A DNA stretch of 64,000 bases. It comes from Amphiscolops sp. MND2022 (lineage: Eukaryota). Both the position numbers and the translations under genes were made by a program. Each line of letters opens with the position of its first letter. Within the stretch, counting starts at the first letter, position 1. Under the pieces are notes generated by a model that ran no database searches, had not been told where the DNA came from, and was given only the letters and a program-made list of their open reading frames with translations. The stretch is from assembly GCA_964187785.1 (NCBI GenBank), contig OZ076410.1:26722001-26786000 (forward strand). Reading direction: 5' to 3'. Below are positions 1 through 13,811 of this stretch, piece after piece.

Positions 1-364
1 ACAAAGGACTTTGGTCTGAGTATAACGAGTACAAAACGAAACCGCAAGTTAAAAAAAGAACAAGCTCATTGAGTTGAGGTGATAATGAGGAAATTGGTTG
101 AGACGCGAAAAAGGTTGACAGAATGAACAAGGAAGTTTGCATCAGTCTCGGTAAGAAACCTCGATAGCATCGATTATTGACCTAATCAATCGGGCACCGA
201 GAAACACTAACTGACTCTCCCATTGCAGATATAACAAAAAACGAGATTGCCAAGCTGACTATCGTCTCAATTCAATTGTCCCAGTCGATGCAACGGCGAG
301 ACTCGGACACCAAAGGTCGCATGATTGAACTCATGACAACTATAAAGGACCTAACCCTCGTGTC

Positions 365-1500
365 GTGGTGGGTGCCTTTGTTGCACAGACTGCGGCCAGA
401 CGTAGCCGCCCTCTATCAAGGCTAATGGCACCAATACAGGCGAACGCCTTCCAGAGGTGCATTTTGATGAACGCCCACTCAAAGGTTCAAACGTACCACC
501 ATCTTGACAAGTTAAGGCCCATCAATGATTTCTTGGAAAAAGTGGCAAGAGACTACATAGAGAAGAATGAGTCGTGGGCCAGAAGAGGCACCGATGAGGA
601 AGTAATCGCTCTCCTCGGACGTAGGTTCGGAACGGGCTCTAACAAAATCCACATACAGCAACAATTCCGCACGCTCCACCATACCATGATGAGGCTTTCA
701 TGCAACACTCGCACGCGTTCGAAGGCCTGTGCAGTCAAGGTTTTCCGAATGAGGAGATAGCGGTAAGACGCTCGGAAATCATTCAGCACTTAAAAGACGG
801 AGTGCACAATTTTGAACCGGAAAGAATACCGGCCTCTTGTACGCAAAAGAGCAATACGTAGAGGAACCTTCAACGGTGGAATCACTTAGAATCACTGTGC
901 AACAATGTTTACGCATGCGGCTCTGTCGGCACCGAGCATTATCTGGCGACCCCGCAACAACAAACTCCACTATAAATCAGGAAAATCAGGTACCTCAGCG
1001 TCCGGAGTCAGCACTGGCCCACAATTTGCAGCATCCACCTCAACAGACTGCGCCTTATAAACAACAACAGCTTACTCCAATTGTGACGACCTGTCGTACT
1101 TCGTAGCTGGTTGCACTCCCTTCTCCCCAAAGATCCAAAGATCGAGCGCGTGAACCGATACAACAGTAAGTGATATTTTGCCATACCAAGCGATCCAGCG
1201 GATGGACCTGCCACTCTAACCTGCAAGGCACGACAACGATGTTCTTCAGTGGCATTCTTCATTAAAACAGCCGACGCACTGGTCACCAGGCATCCACAGA
1301 TATGCCGTCGAGGTTAAAAGACAGGACGAGCAACTCAGAGCAGCATGGTATGCCCACTCACGACTAAGATCGAAGCCATTGACGCAGACGACCATATGGG
1401 AATGTTGTATTTATCGGAGATAGGAAACTACCACGACCAGTGGTAGTTACATGCAGAAAAATCAATTTCTCTCTACACTAGAAGTCCCGAAACCCGACTG
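365..1500 (+). pseudogene. Degenerate LTR-retrotransposon gag/protease-like remnant
   Basis: LLGRRFGTGSNKIHIQQQFRTL resembles a retrotransposon gag core; ALV-TRAS at about 1276-1296 resembles an eroded ALVDTGAS protease motif. Many stops and frameshifts; boundaries approximate. Confidence 0.3.
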
Positions 1501-1639
1501 CGCTGTCGTCTGTCAGCAGAACAAAAGTCCCATCCCAACCTAACATTAGCTCAGCGGATAGAAAGTATATGCCGAAACACTAGGTATAAGGTTTGTTGCT
1601 TTGCGGGTTGTACTGTTATGCTTGATATGGTATGCACCC

Positions 1640-1900
1640 AAATAACATCAGTAAAATATACTTCAGCTAAACAACCCTTTCGGAACTCGGAAGTAAGTAT
1701 TGAGTCGCAGGAACTTTAGGGAACACGTTTACAAGATTCTGGGGCGTGTACTGATTTGAGTGTGCCTGCACGTGGTTACTTAGCTCTAAACGAGGGGCGT
1801 TCTTGACGGTAGGAAAATCCCCTAGGAGAAATATTTCGGGAGAAACGTTGGTGTCTGGGTTTGTAGTAATGCCATGCATTTTCTGTGATCTAGGATGTAA
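1640..1900 (-). pseudogene. Possible non-LTR retrotransposon endonuclease fragment
   Basis: ORF 1667-1879 contains IFLLGDF, similar to the GDFN motif of AP-like endonucleases; nothing else is convincing. Confidence 0.2.
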
Positions 1901-3699
1901 GCTGCGAGCGTTGCATTTGATCCGAAGCCGATTGTTTGGAAAGAGTTTGATTTATTCACTCCGGAACGTTACAAAACTGGGCTAGATGCAGTTTGTATTC
2001 ACGTTCAGGATGGATGGCTTTTTCTACAGACAGGTTGTTTCGTAATGATTTACAGGTCTCCAGTTTGTCTATTGCGGATCATAAAAGGCCAAGCGATGCT
2101 GCGTTTAGATAGATTTGAAGCTGACACTGCCCTAGTACAGGTCGAACAACTTCATCATGTTTTACAAAGACAACAAGTTAGATCTCGAGCCAGAGTCTTT
2201 CTCGCTGTCTTACAAGCTAGTCCAATTTCTAAAATTATTCTTTAGAAGCTTTGGAAGTGTTATCTCAAAAATATAATTACGGGTTGGGTCAGCGAATGAA
2301 CCATTGAAACATTCTCGATGTCGATGTATTGTTCTTTTGTCCGGGGAAAAGAGGATCAGTGTTTTCAACATCGTTGACTTCAAATGTAAGTTTAGCTACT
2401 TCATCAAATCCAGTATAATTTGTCCACATGAATCATTATGAGCACATGCAAACAACGGTGCGGTTCCAAGCTTGAAAACGTATAAAAAGCATAGATGTCA
2501 AGAACCTCAGCAAAATTGGCAGTTGTAAAATTAGATCACTGAATTTCATTGGATTAATACATTTTCATCGAGGAAATTTCTCTTTAAAAAACATCCAATG
2601 TTGACGCAACCTGACCATAAGTTTTCTTCACTATCGAGTCCATTTGATCAACTACAGCACAGTCAGGTTTTGAAGCTTTGATTAAAGCTAGTAGCTATCT
2701 TATCACTTCTGTTCATAAAATAGACTCACAGAAAGTCCTTGATGTACATAATAATTAGATTTTTGCTACGGATACTTTAATCAAAGTGAGTTCCCATATT
2801 CCCACAGGGTGGTTTATTGTTTTGTTCTGTGACTCTTTTGTGAGTGTTTTTCGACTTCCCTGAACCAAAAAAACTGCCTAAGCTTTTCCAGGGCTAATTG
2901 CCAATTTATTCATTGCATGCGAATCCCGGACGCAGTTACCTTTTTGACAAATCATGTAATTAACACCATTTCCTGAGCAAGAATGATATGATTTTGCACA
3001 TCCTGTCACAGATGTGTCAATAAGCAAGGAGTTCACTGTATTCATGGAGAGGCGAAGCCGCACATTGGAATCCAGTGGTATCAGTCCGAAGCTTCCACTA
3101 CCAAGACAACCCTAAGAAGGTGCATCATGAAGCATTTTTAGTCGACGCGTTTTAACGAAATGAGCCCGATTATTACAGTGACAAGTGTTTTTCTCGACAG
3201 ACAACAAAATGTATGCGTAGTGGACATTTTTTAAACAGAACAACAGAAGTACAGGACCGGCAAGCAAAAATGCATCTAAGTTAGGGCAAATGGCCCATTT
3301 TTTTTCGTGTACTCATTTTTTATCGTAATATTCAAAACCGGACTGGACAATCCTTGAATTTCTTTTCGGCACTGTGCAACGTTTTACCGAATTTTTGTTG
3401 TCTCCAAAGGGACCCCCTTCAAGTTTTTTGATGTTTTGCAACGAACTGGATTTTCAAAAAGTCGGAAGGGTCGCCCCCTTACAATTTTGAAAATTTTGGA
3501 CATTTTCAGCTTTAGATATAGCGCCGCTTTAGACGTTCCCTCTTTTGAACACTCTGCGACTTATCGGATGAAGAAAAGAAATGGTCCCATTCAATCGCCA
3601 GTTTGATTGATACCAAAATTGAGCGGGAGGCAGAGGTGACGAAGCTAAATTTGTCCTGAACTGTGTATGGCGGCACTTCGTGACTGACTATCCTTGCAT

Positions 3700-6485
3700 G
3701 ACTGACAGATGATACAGCTGGCGAGACTTACAGAAACGATATAATTGGAGCCTTGCTGAACTCTGGACCCCAATCATCCTTCATCACAACGAAAGCAAGG
3801 TCAAAACTCATCATATTGCTTGTTAAACGGTCGACATGAAGAACTCTGCCAATGGTGGACGGCAACAAGCAGCAGGGGAGTCAGGCAGTTTCCGACTTGC
3901 GTTTCAAAAGTTACGACACTAATCCGAAAGGAATCACAAGTGATAAATCTTTAACAAAACAATATTTCGAATTAATTGATGTCATTGAAACGTGTAGCAC
4001 TAGCAGACAAAATCACCCATTAGTTAGTTTGGCGGTGTTCATCCGTTTTTGGGCGCGGATGTGTACGAGGATCTTTTTCTGGACAAATGGACAAAGTATC
4101 AACGACAGCATTATCGCAATTAAGTCTTCGGCTGCGTTATAACTGGAGTGTTTTACTTAAGACTACCTTCGATTTGCATAACTGGATATTGCTCGTCTCT
4201 CTGGAAAATTGATTTCCAAAGAAAACCGTCAATGTTTCAATGTGTGGAACACTACTACACAACACGACCTTGTTGCAGCCGATGGCCGCATATTTGTCCG
4301 TCTATATTTCAATTGTGAGGCACATCAACCCGAAGAACTCTCAAGCAGAGACTGTTTACCTTGGAAAAGAAACTCAGATATCTCGATGATATGAAGCAGC
4401 GATATCGTGATTTCACCAAAGACTTTGTGGACATGGGTCATCTGGAACAAGATCCTCTGTCTTCATGCTTGTGGTTTTCTTTACCCCATCACTGTGTCTT
4501 CAAGGAAAGTGGCTGTGTTCGATGCCAGCAGCAAGTCCCCGAATGCCAATGATTGCCTGTTACTGAATACCGTTTGCAATACGATCTGTTTGACATTAGC
4601 AACCAATTCTTCCTCCATCAACTTCCGTTTTGGCAAAACTGTACCGTCAAGTAGCTTCGGATGAATAACATTTCCATCGAATTTTGTTGGGTGTTTACGT
4701 GACCGACAAGATCGGAGAATTGCGTATTACTCGTGTTAGACATTGTTTTGCCAGCTCCTCAAACCATTCAACCCGAGCGCTTCAAGAGTGTGGCAGAAGT
4801 CGTGGACACAATGCAGATAAGTGAATGTGATTCTCTTTGACTTTTTAGTCAATAATCTACTGAATCGGGCTCATACACCACGCATGGTTTGATCGAGAAC
4901 CTCAAAAAAAGCGGATTGCCACCACGAACCCCAATTTGTCTCCCGTCTACTCAAATACTTTCAAGAACCTGCAATGCGTACGAAATCATCGACGAATTAC
5001 ATCAAATTAAGTCTCAGGAACTGACATGGCATCCTTCGAAAGAACACTTTGTATGTAGTAGTTAGCATATTTCAAACATTACAAAACGATTATAACTCAG
5101 TGATGTTCAAAAAGCATTTCGATCTAATTGTCTCCTTTCCCCAGGTCTCGTAGTATCCAGGTCATCATTCAGTTATGTTTGGATGTTGGAAGCTGGAAAA
5201 TCGAAGCACGCATTAAACTTCTCTGTTTTGTACGCAGACTCGAAAATCGTCTTCTTATGGATCAAAGCAAACCCTGCTTTGTGTCCTACAGTGTGTCTCA
5301 AATTCAATCAATGCTCCCAACAACTCATTTTCAATCATGCATCGACTGAGGAAACCTCCCAGGATGCCAACGCGATGATTATGCATTTTCAAAAGTGCTC
5401 TAAAGACAAATCTGATAGTGATCTTTGGTCGAGATAAAATGGCCTAAGCTTTTTATGCTGTAGTCAAAGCAAATCAAACAGTTCTTTTCAAAACTGCATT
5501 CAGAGCCCTCTCAAATGGTGAGTCCATCAATCCGACGATCTCAAAAGTCACCTTCTACACTTCAATGGACAAAGGCGTCATCAAATCAGACTGACCATCG
5601 GTTGTCAATGATAGACGATCAACGGTATTCTTTGCTTGCGTAACACAGAAGCAAACTGGTAACACTTGCAGTCAATAATGTCCATAGTCGAACACATCAT
5701 AATTGTCCCACAGCATCGTTGCCAGAAATGCCACGTCTTAGCTGTGTCACTTCAGCAATGACTGATTCAGCGTTCGTCAAGACACGTGCCTTGTGGTTCC
5801 GCTTCCACTCAGTGCCAATGCAGCAGCTCAGGGGCTTCTCGCTTTCCAGTCGCATCGACGCTCCCAAACGTGCTTTCTCCTGTCTAGGCATTGGCATCAC
5901 AAGACCGATGCGTCAACGACTACGTAGGTAGCTGTTTTTGTATGTTTTGCATCAAATGTTGTTCACTCAGAGGCGGTATCATCACTGACACCAGATGCAA
6001 TGGTGGCAACTCTGAGATGAGTCATTGCAAGTCGGGATTTCAAATGAGGTTGTGTCAGGCAATACAATCAACTTTGTGGGTGCAAGATATGATTTCATCG
6101 AACAGCAGAAAGTATTTCAAGCAGGCGGGCCGAAAACATACATCAGCATTTAATGATTCATCGTTCCTACTCGCTCATCAACTGTGTTGGACTATGGGAA
6201 GCAGCGCGAAGGGTTACGGGGAAGTCGATCCTCAGGTATGAAGAGATGACAAGCAAGCCGAATGAGCCAAATGAAGCAAGTTCTGAACAATGGTCCTTTG
6301 ATGGCGCTTGCAAATAACTCAGACGACATAACTGTTCTCAACCCGTCGATCTTGTCAGTGGCAGCCGATTGGATGCTATACAACAACCCCGTTAAAGAAG
6401 ATTTGTGCCTGCCCTGATATTGCACGTCTCTTTATTTGTTCTTAATAATGCTCAATTCTCATTCAAACGATGATTAAACTATTGC
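3700..6485 (+). mobile_element. Degenerate BEL/Pao LTR retrotransposon pol (PR-RT-RH-INT), cut by the assembly gap
   Basis: Ordered BEL motifs across frames: ALLNSGPQSSFIT (about 3750, protease), LPHHCVFK and VFDAS (about 4480-4530, RT), ADSKIVFLWI (RNase H region), VHSEAVSSLT, NTINFVGA, GLWEAA (about 6195) and LNNGPL (integrase). Confidence 0.8.
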
Positions 6486-6685
6486 NNNNNNNNNNNNNNN
6501 NNNNNNNNNNNNNNNNNNNNNNNNNNNNNNNNNNNNNNNNNNNNNNNNNNNNNNNNNNNNNNNNNNNNNNNNNNNNNNNNNNNNNNNNNNNNNNNNNNNN
6601 NNNNNNNNNNNNNNNNNNNNNNNNNNNNNNNNNNNNNNNNNNNNNNNNNNNNNNNNNNNNNNNNNNNNNNNNNNNNNNNNNNNNN
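6486..6685. other. Assembly gap (200 N)
   Basis: Run of exactly 200 N; different element families lie on either side. Confidence 0.99.
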
Positions 6686-9600
6686 TCATACCGTCACAAA
6701 AGAATGTCACAAACAGTCTTTCGCGTTTAGACAGAAGTCGAAGTTTTACTATTTTGCCTCAATTTCTCTAGGTTCCCCCGTTATAGCGTTCCCCCGTTAT
6801 GGCTTCTTTGAAAGCTACCCAAAATGTTATGCTACTATAACTTCTATAGGTTTTGGAGCTTGAAGAGAAGAGTCAGGTTATGGGTAGCAGCGACGGGTGT
6901 TTTTATTACGAAATAGGGATGGACCAACATCAATAGCATCAGTCATATGATGGGCATATCAGGAGAAGAAATAATTTTAGGTGTTATGTCAAACTCGGAA
7001 TGAGGAAGAGCTTCGAGGTAAAAATGTGAGGTTGTTGATTGTGGTTTGTTGAAGTGGATTTCATATTATTGGTGGAAGTTGTTTCCATATAACGTGTTTA
7101 TGAGAAAATTGCTATAGGAGGACGATTCAACGTAAGAGAGAAAATTGGAGATTAAATCAATCATTCAGTCAAAACAGTAGAAAAACATAAGATGCTCTAG
7201 CTTTATTACTGAGTGGACTATTGTTAGAACGGTCCAGGATGGAAGCATAAAGTATGACATTGCATTTTGTTGAAAAGATTAAGTGTCACACATTTTCGTT
7301 TAAATCTACAAACGGGTTCAAGAACCAATCGTTCGAAAGGTAATCTATCATCGTTTGGTTAGAGGTATTTAGATAATAGTTTGACCTATGATCAAGTCTG
7401 AACACGGTGAAAAATGTTCGTTCAGACTAAATCAGTGAGAGGGCTAGAAATATAGTCCAAGAAATGGGATTAGATATTCAGGAGGGTACATAGTATGAAG
7501 TTGAGTTTTGCTTTATCAGGCTTCAGGAGCGATCAAAAATTATAATGTGACTGAGGGGTACGTATGTGAGTTGATTGAAAGTCAGCTAGGAGCGTAGATT
7601 GGAAACATTGATATGGGGCATCAGCTACATGCGGATTGAAACAACTTTTGAATTATGGATTAGTTGAAAGCTTGAGGGTGGAGTGGTTCAATGTAATTTC
7701 AATGTTTTTGACATGTCAAACCAGAGTCAAAATTGAATTGAGAAGTATTTGAAGAGTAAAGATCACAATCGGAGTTGGTTTAATGTTTAGGAGTTTGATT
7801 AAAATGTGAAGTTTCAGAGAGAATTTGATATTTGGGAGTGCTTTCAGAGTTAGTGGGTGTGTTATGATCGGAGTTATGATCAGAAATGTCATTTGATAAT
7901 ATTCGAAATATGGATTGATAATGAGAAGTGGTGCAGAATGGTAGTATTAAAGATATGTGAAAATGAGAGGTTCCTTTGGATAATAGGGTCTAGAGTGCTT
8001 TCGAAAGGTATGCAAAGTAGAACCATCTTGCGCCAAAGGTTCATAGGTACTATCAGAGTAATTTTTGGACCAATACGACGAGACTTCAGTTTGCTTGAAA
8101 CATGGACAGGTTTAAAAGGCTTCAGTGAAAGAAGAGAGGAAGTCATATATGTGGCAATGCAATCCACTACCCTCTGAAGGTTCTCTTAAAGTTGAGTTTC
8201 TCTCAAAGTTGAGTGTTGAGTTCAAATGGCATTTGAATTTGTGTGAAAACAATTTGGTAAGGAGAAGCTTTTATTTGGGAAAGAGGGGTTGTAAGCAAAT
8301 CCGAGTTTGATTTGTGGAAGGTTGAGATTTTGAGGTCGTCTCTTTAAATATACGGGGGTTTGGAGTGTACTATTGTATATGGATGTAGTGAACACCGTGA
8401 GAAGTGTTAATAGTGACGTGTTGAAATTGTTTATTATAGGTATAAAAACAAGAATTTGCTTTGAATATTGGGTTTAGAGGGAAATGTTTTCGCTCTTTTT
8501 GGAGCCGTTGATAAACAACGAAAAATACAAGATCATCATTTTGAGATTGTTATAAGAGGGGTAAGGTTAAACGTGAATTAGATGGTACGAAAAACGAACG
8601 CCTTGCAATGGTCAACGAAAGGGAATGACTGTGTGGAGGTTGGCCTAAATGGAGTTTGCGTAATTTTGTTAAACTTTGATGAAAGAGGACTTGTTTTAAA
8701 GATTGGAAGTCATTAGAATTGGTATTATTGGTAAGTAGATTTTAATGATGATCATAGGATTTTCGAAGCAGACTTTTGTGAATTTAAAAAAAATTCACTG
8801 TGGAGTCAAAACTAAAATTGAGTCGGCTTGGTAATCTTTCAAAATCAGGTTCATCAGTAGATTGCTATCTGTTTTGTTCAATAGAGAGGTTTGTTGCAGT
8901 AGTTGTGATTATTTGTTTGAAAGTGTGACAGATTTTGCGAAGTGACAGAATGAAATATGTGGAACATAATGGCATGTAGGTGACTGTGTTACATTCATTG
9001 TGTGTTTGGATGATCATCCCCGTATGTTTTAAATACCCTCTTCATGTTTCATTGAATGACCAACTTTTTTTCAAGAATTAATTCGTTGCATTATTTGATT
9101 TTATGGTCTGGGTGTGACGTTGACTTTTTTTTACTTTTCTTGTGAAGAGGAATAAAGATTGAGTAAAGTCGGTAAAAAGTGTGATTTTAAAATCGGAGCC
9201 TTTGACGATAAAGTCATTTGTTTTTAGATCTCAAGTACTAACATTTCGAGAGTAACTTGAAAGGAAGAAAGCACTTAATTTTTGTTTGAAGGAGTTGAAA
9301 CAAAATTGCATTGATGCCAAATACAGAAGCGTCTACTGTAATACACCGTTTCCGCGTTGAGTGAAGCATATCAGATTTTAAGTGAATCGTCTCGGCTTTC
9401 GTTCCAAATTTTCAGCCAATCACCGGCCACCAAACTAAAAGTGCTTTACAATCAGAATTCAAGTGAACTATATCAGCTTCCAAGTGAGTTAGCGAATAAG
9501 AATCACCAACGACGCTTTCAAATTTAACAAACGCTGACCAAAGAGTGCTGTACATGTACACAAAATCGTATGCGGCATTCGCTTACACTTTCATTCAAGC

Positions 9601-9718
9601 TGCGATTTCGTTCACATTATTTGAGATTTGCTGTAGCAAGCTAATCAATTTCTATTGGTTGTTCATTTAACATCTGATGTGCTTCATTTAACGTGGAAAC
9701 GGTGTATAAAAGTGATAA

Positions 9719-9780
9719 AACAAATACCAAGTTCCACATCCTCTGTTCATGAACAGAGGATGTGGAACTTGGTATTTGTT
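9719..9780. repeat. Perfect 62-bp spacerless palindrome
   Basis: 31-bp arms checked base by base; centre TTCA|TGAA at 9749/9750. Confidence 0.97.
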
Positions 9781-10468
9781 CTGCAGAACTCAATTGAAGA
9801 AAACATCGTTAAGAAGAAGAAGTATATAAAGTGCTATTAATATAAAATTGGAGCAGAAACTTCTTGTTTCAACGAATGACATTAATTAGGTTTCAGAAGA
9901 GTTTTTTGTGGATTCCACCAACTGGTGAACTGGTAGGTTAAAAAGTGTTATTGCCCTCTTCATGTACGAGAAATTCACCAGTGAGCAGAATGTAGAAAAG
10001 ACTGATTGATTGAAATGTATAATTTTGTAGTTGTGCAATTACTTCGAGATTGTGAGGTTTTGTATCCGCAAGGTGGATGAGTATATCGTCAAAACAAACG
10101 AGTGCGAGATATTGGTCAATGAGTTTTTGTGAAAGAAATACAGTTCTTTTATGAAAAAAGTGGAAGTCTTTTTTGAACCTGTAGAAGCTTCTAGTGAAGG
10201 CATAGAGTTTATCATCATAGGAGAATCTATAGTAGTAAAAGTTTCAGCGTTAAGAGGAGCATTTGTGCAACCATTCGTAAGATCAGTGGTAGACTTAAAC
10301 TTTGTTTCAACTCGTGCTAACTGGGGCGCGAGAGGTTCTCTGCGCAGGATGCAAAAAAATGGCCAGTGTTAGAGATTTATTGACGAGCGTCTGCAACAAC
10401 TTTACTTGTAACTCCTTCCAAAAAAAATAAGAGGATTTAAAGAGCGGTGTCATTGACAGGATTTGTCG

Positions 10469-10644
10469 CAAGGGTGGAGCCAATTTGTCTGAGAAAAACG
10501 TGTTCTAATTCCACTAGGTTGTTTTTAAACACTTCTCGATAGTGACTCAATAGCTATAGCTATTGAGTCACTATCGAGAAGTGTTTAAAAACAACCTAGT
10601 GGAATTAGAACACGTTTTTCTCAGACAAATTGGCTCCACCCTTG
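10469..10644. repeat. Perfect 176-bp spacerless palindrome
   Basis: 88-bp arms checked; centre TAGCTA|TAGCTA at 10556/10557. Confidence 0.97.
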
Positions 10645-11251
10645 TTATAACAAGTATAGAGTGTAGTTGAAGGTATTCGTCATTGTTGAAAACAGAGAGA
10701 TTTAATTTTTATTCCAAGAAGTATTTGAGTTTCAGGCGGAAAAAGAAGGGAAGAAAGGCTGTTCTCAATTACTTGAGGAGGTTCTGGAGTTTCGATTTCA
10801 ATGTGAGCGTATCAATACGAGGAACGAATGGCATGTGGTTTAGGTTCAGAACTATTTGGAGTTTATGGATTCAAGAAGGAGTGTACCAAAAAATAAACAT
10901 CTTTGACTTAATAATGCGTAGGTTTAAGCGTAGCAGGTACATCCAATGTAACCTTGTTAGAGAATAGCTGAGTGACGAGTTATGTTTCGAATCATGACTG
11001 AACAGTTACAAGGTTTAGGTTAGAAATTTTGATGGAGATTTGAAGAAAATTCAACGTTTTGTTAGGGCGTGTGTTAAACTATGGAAAAGAGATTGATGTT
11101 CAGTTTAAGTTCAGAAGTGTAGAGTTAAAAAATTGGAATGGAATGATTTGAAAAATGAGTAATTTGTATTGAAACAGACGTAAACTGAAGTTTCTTGAGG
11201 AGTTTGATAGTGTAAATGTAACTGAAAAAGGGATTAACGACCTTAGGGGGC

Positions 11252-11468
11252 TGTTAAGATCGCTAAATCTAGGTTTAAAACAGGTTAGGTACAGTAATAT
11301 CTTTTCAGCTGTTTCTGGATCTATCTCAAGTACATTATGGCAAGAGTATCGTATCTTCTACATCGTGACGTATAAACATAAATAGAGCAGCAACTAATTC
11401 AGTTGTTTATGAGTTTGTTTGACAACAACATTGTTGCTCTTTTTGGGTTGTGACCTTCGTATGTCACA
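11252..11468 (-). repeat. 3' LTR of element B
   Basis: TGTTAAG...GTCACA; direct repeat of 16487-16703. Confidence 0.95.
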
Positions 11469-11478
11469 TTCCCCCCTC
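11469..11478 (-). promoter_or_regulatory. Polypurine tract of element B
   Basis: Purine run (minus strand AGGGGGGAA) directly adjoining the 3' LTR. Confidence 0.85.
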
Positions 11479-12167
11479 GTCATGTGGGTTTGTGATTTGG
11501 GGGTTTTGGGGTGTTGGTTCCGTATAATACGGTTGACTTCTTCTTTTGTCCGTATATTACGGTCTTCTTCTTCTTCACTGTTTTGCGGTGGTGTTGTCCG
11601 TCTTTCCTGTAACAAATCATGGTTATGTTTAATTCTTTTACGGTTATTATTAGTTTGGTAAGGAATACCGCCTAGTTTTTCGGTTTGTTTTGCAAATGGT
11701 AGTCTTCTAGACCTTCTTACGGGCGTTGCTGGTTTAGTTATTATGTGGCCGTGGTTTATACCTGTCTCCGGCGATAGTCTCGTCTCTTTCGGGTGGATTT
11801 GTAGTTCGTCGTCCACATTCAAGCTTATTGGACTGCCTTCACTGTTGTTGTAACAGTTAAATTCGTCATCTGAGACGATACTCAGGTCTAAGTCCGTCAT
11901 GTTGCCGGTGTTCTTCTGTGGGGAAGTGAATTGTCCCTTCTCATTTCTCGGTTGGTCTCTCCTTCGGATCCAGTCTTCGCTGTTTTCGTGGTTGTTCGGC
12001 TTTGGCGGTTCTTTCCTTCTGTAGGCGCAAGTTGTTTGTGGTTCGGTTGATTTGGAGCAAGACAGTTGCTCCGTAGTCGTCTGTCGGGTGTTTATCCGTT
12101 TCGTTGGTGTTAAATTGTTCTGAAATGGTAATGGGTTGGATTTTAGTTTTCTGTGTATTACTTTATT

Positions 12168-13776
12168 TTAATCGGTGGTAACTGTATGTTTTGTACCCGA
12201 AATGGCTATTTGTAGTTTGTTACTAAATTCACTGCCCAATGAATTCGTTTTGTAGTTCTTTTCGTAAAAAGAGAAAGGATATTTGTTCGTACTGACCGTA
12301 TTTAGCGGTTTTTCCGTCTGAGAGAAAGTCATCCCCAGTCTGTACTTCGGATCGGTCGTCTTCTTCTTGGACATCACCAAGTGGTCGGTTATTTCACCCG
12401 TAGAGCTTCGGGTTATGTACACGGACAAGTCTTTCGAGTCGGCTGAAATAGCATTTTTTAGGTTGGTTAATTTCGTTCTGGGTTTTCGTCCAAAATTGAG
12501 TTCGAATGGTGTTTTTTGTAGTTCAGAATGGGTTGTAAATCTAAGCACATATAGTGCTTTGTCTAGACTATTTCTAAGATTGGTTCCGTTTTCTAGGTTG
12601 GCTTTTAGTAAATTCTTCAGAGATTGGATGGTTCTCTCAGCCAATCCCGTTCCAGTATGTAGATTTGCTGTACCGTATTTACGGGTAATATTGTTTTCAT
12701 TACAATATTTACTAAACTCTTTTGATACGAATGCACTTCCCTTATCCGTTTTAATTGATTTCGGGACGCCGTAAATATTGGTATATTCCTTTAGGAATGT
12801 TATTACGGATTCATGATTCGTATTTTTGCAAACTTTTGCCACTGGCCATCGGCTATTGCTATCGACGGCGATTAGTATGAAGGGGAGTGTTCAAAATGTT
12901 TACTATCTAGGTTTCCGGTGAAATCCATTTGGATCTCTTCGCCTGGGTTTTCCGGCGGTTCTATTTTTGTTTTTTTTTCGGTACTGGGTATTTGACATTT
13001 CAAATTCTTACCGGCATTTATGCAGGCGGAGCAGGTCTTTGCTTTTTTCTCAATTTCGACCCGCATGTTCGACCACCAGAAATGGCTGCATCACCACACA
13101 TCTTGTTGACTCCGGGATGCCCGAAAAGGAGTGCGTTCAGTGCTGCGTATCTGAGGCTTTTTGGGACGATAATTCTGTCGTCGACCATGGTAATTTCCCA
13201 GCGGTGGGTTAGTCTCTTTATAATTGGTTTGTAGGCGTCTGGGGCCTGGCTGAGATTGTTGTCTTCGATGCAGCATTGTAGCTCAATCAAGACCAGGTCT
13301 GCGGCGGTTTCTTTGATTAAAGTTTCAAGATCAAGCATGAAGTCTAATTCTGCCGCTCTAACATTGTCTTCTTGCTTCTTGTACCTTATGGCTTTGTTTT
13401 CTATTACGCGGTTGATGCGTACGTAACGTACCGCAATTTCCTCGATTGGCCCGTCTCTAAATTCTTGCACCGGGATGGCTGGGTATGCGCCAGGTTCTTG
13501 GGTTGGGACTGGCTCTTCAGGGGTGAAGGAGACCGTCGACTCGGTCTCTCTATTGGTCTCCATTGGTGTTTCTGCCGATATGCCGTGTTCTTGGTGCTCC
13601 TGTGACGGTTGGTCGCCAAAGTTTTTGAAATATCCCCCGCCGATGTGGGTTGCTCGATGTTCTTCTTTCCGCTTTAGTCGGAGATCGATTCGTTTTACTT
13701 CTTTTCGTTCTTCTTCGTCCGGTCTTCCTGGCACTAGAATTTGTCTTTCTAGCTTCTTGTGGTAGTGATGGCGCAT
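12168..13776 (-). pseudogene. Integrase region of element B (frameshifted)
   Basis: GHPG...C-x2-C zinc finger, IQMDF, KTDKG and GLAER motifs spread over ORFs 13018-13776, 12872-13066 and 12168-12842. Confidence 0.9.
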
Positions 13777-13811
13777 GCTCGCGGGTTTTGTTAATGCGAT
13801 CCGTTGTCTTA

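Larger units (their letters stand above)
6900..11251 (-). mobile_element. Old degenerate Ty3/Gypsy element A, pol portion (RT-RH-INT)
   Basis: Minus strand: LVCFDDILIH (FDD at 10085-10093) then EFLVH (RT); ITVDASVFGINAIL (about 9301-9345, RNase H); PFKPVHV (about 8100-8120, integrase core start). Gypsy domain order; heavily mutated; boundaries approximate. Confidence 0.7.

Noticed and set aside
6900-11251. Initial reading as a LINE (KYxLG-like and IYAP-like strings)
   Set aside because: FDDILI, VDAS and integrase motifs in Gypsy order explain the region better; the LINE-like strings are probably chance.
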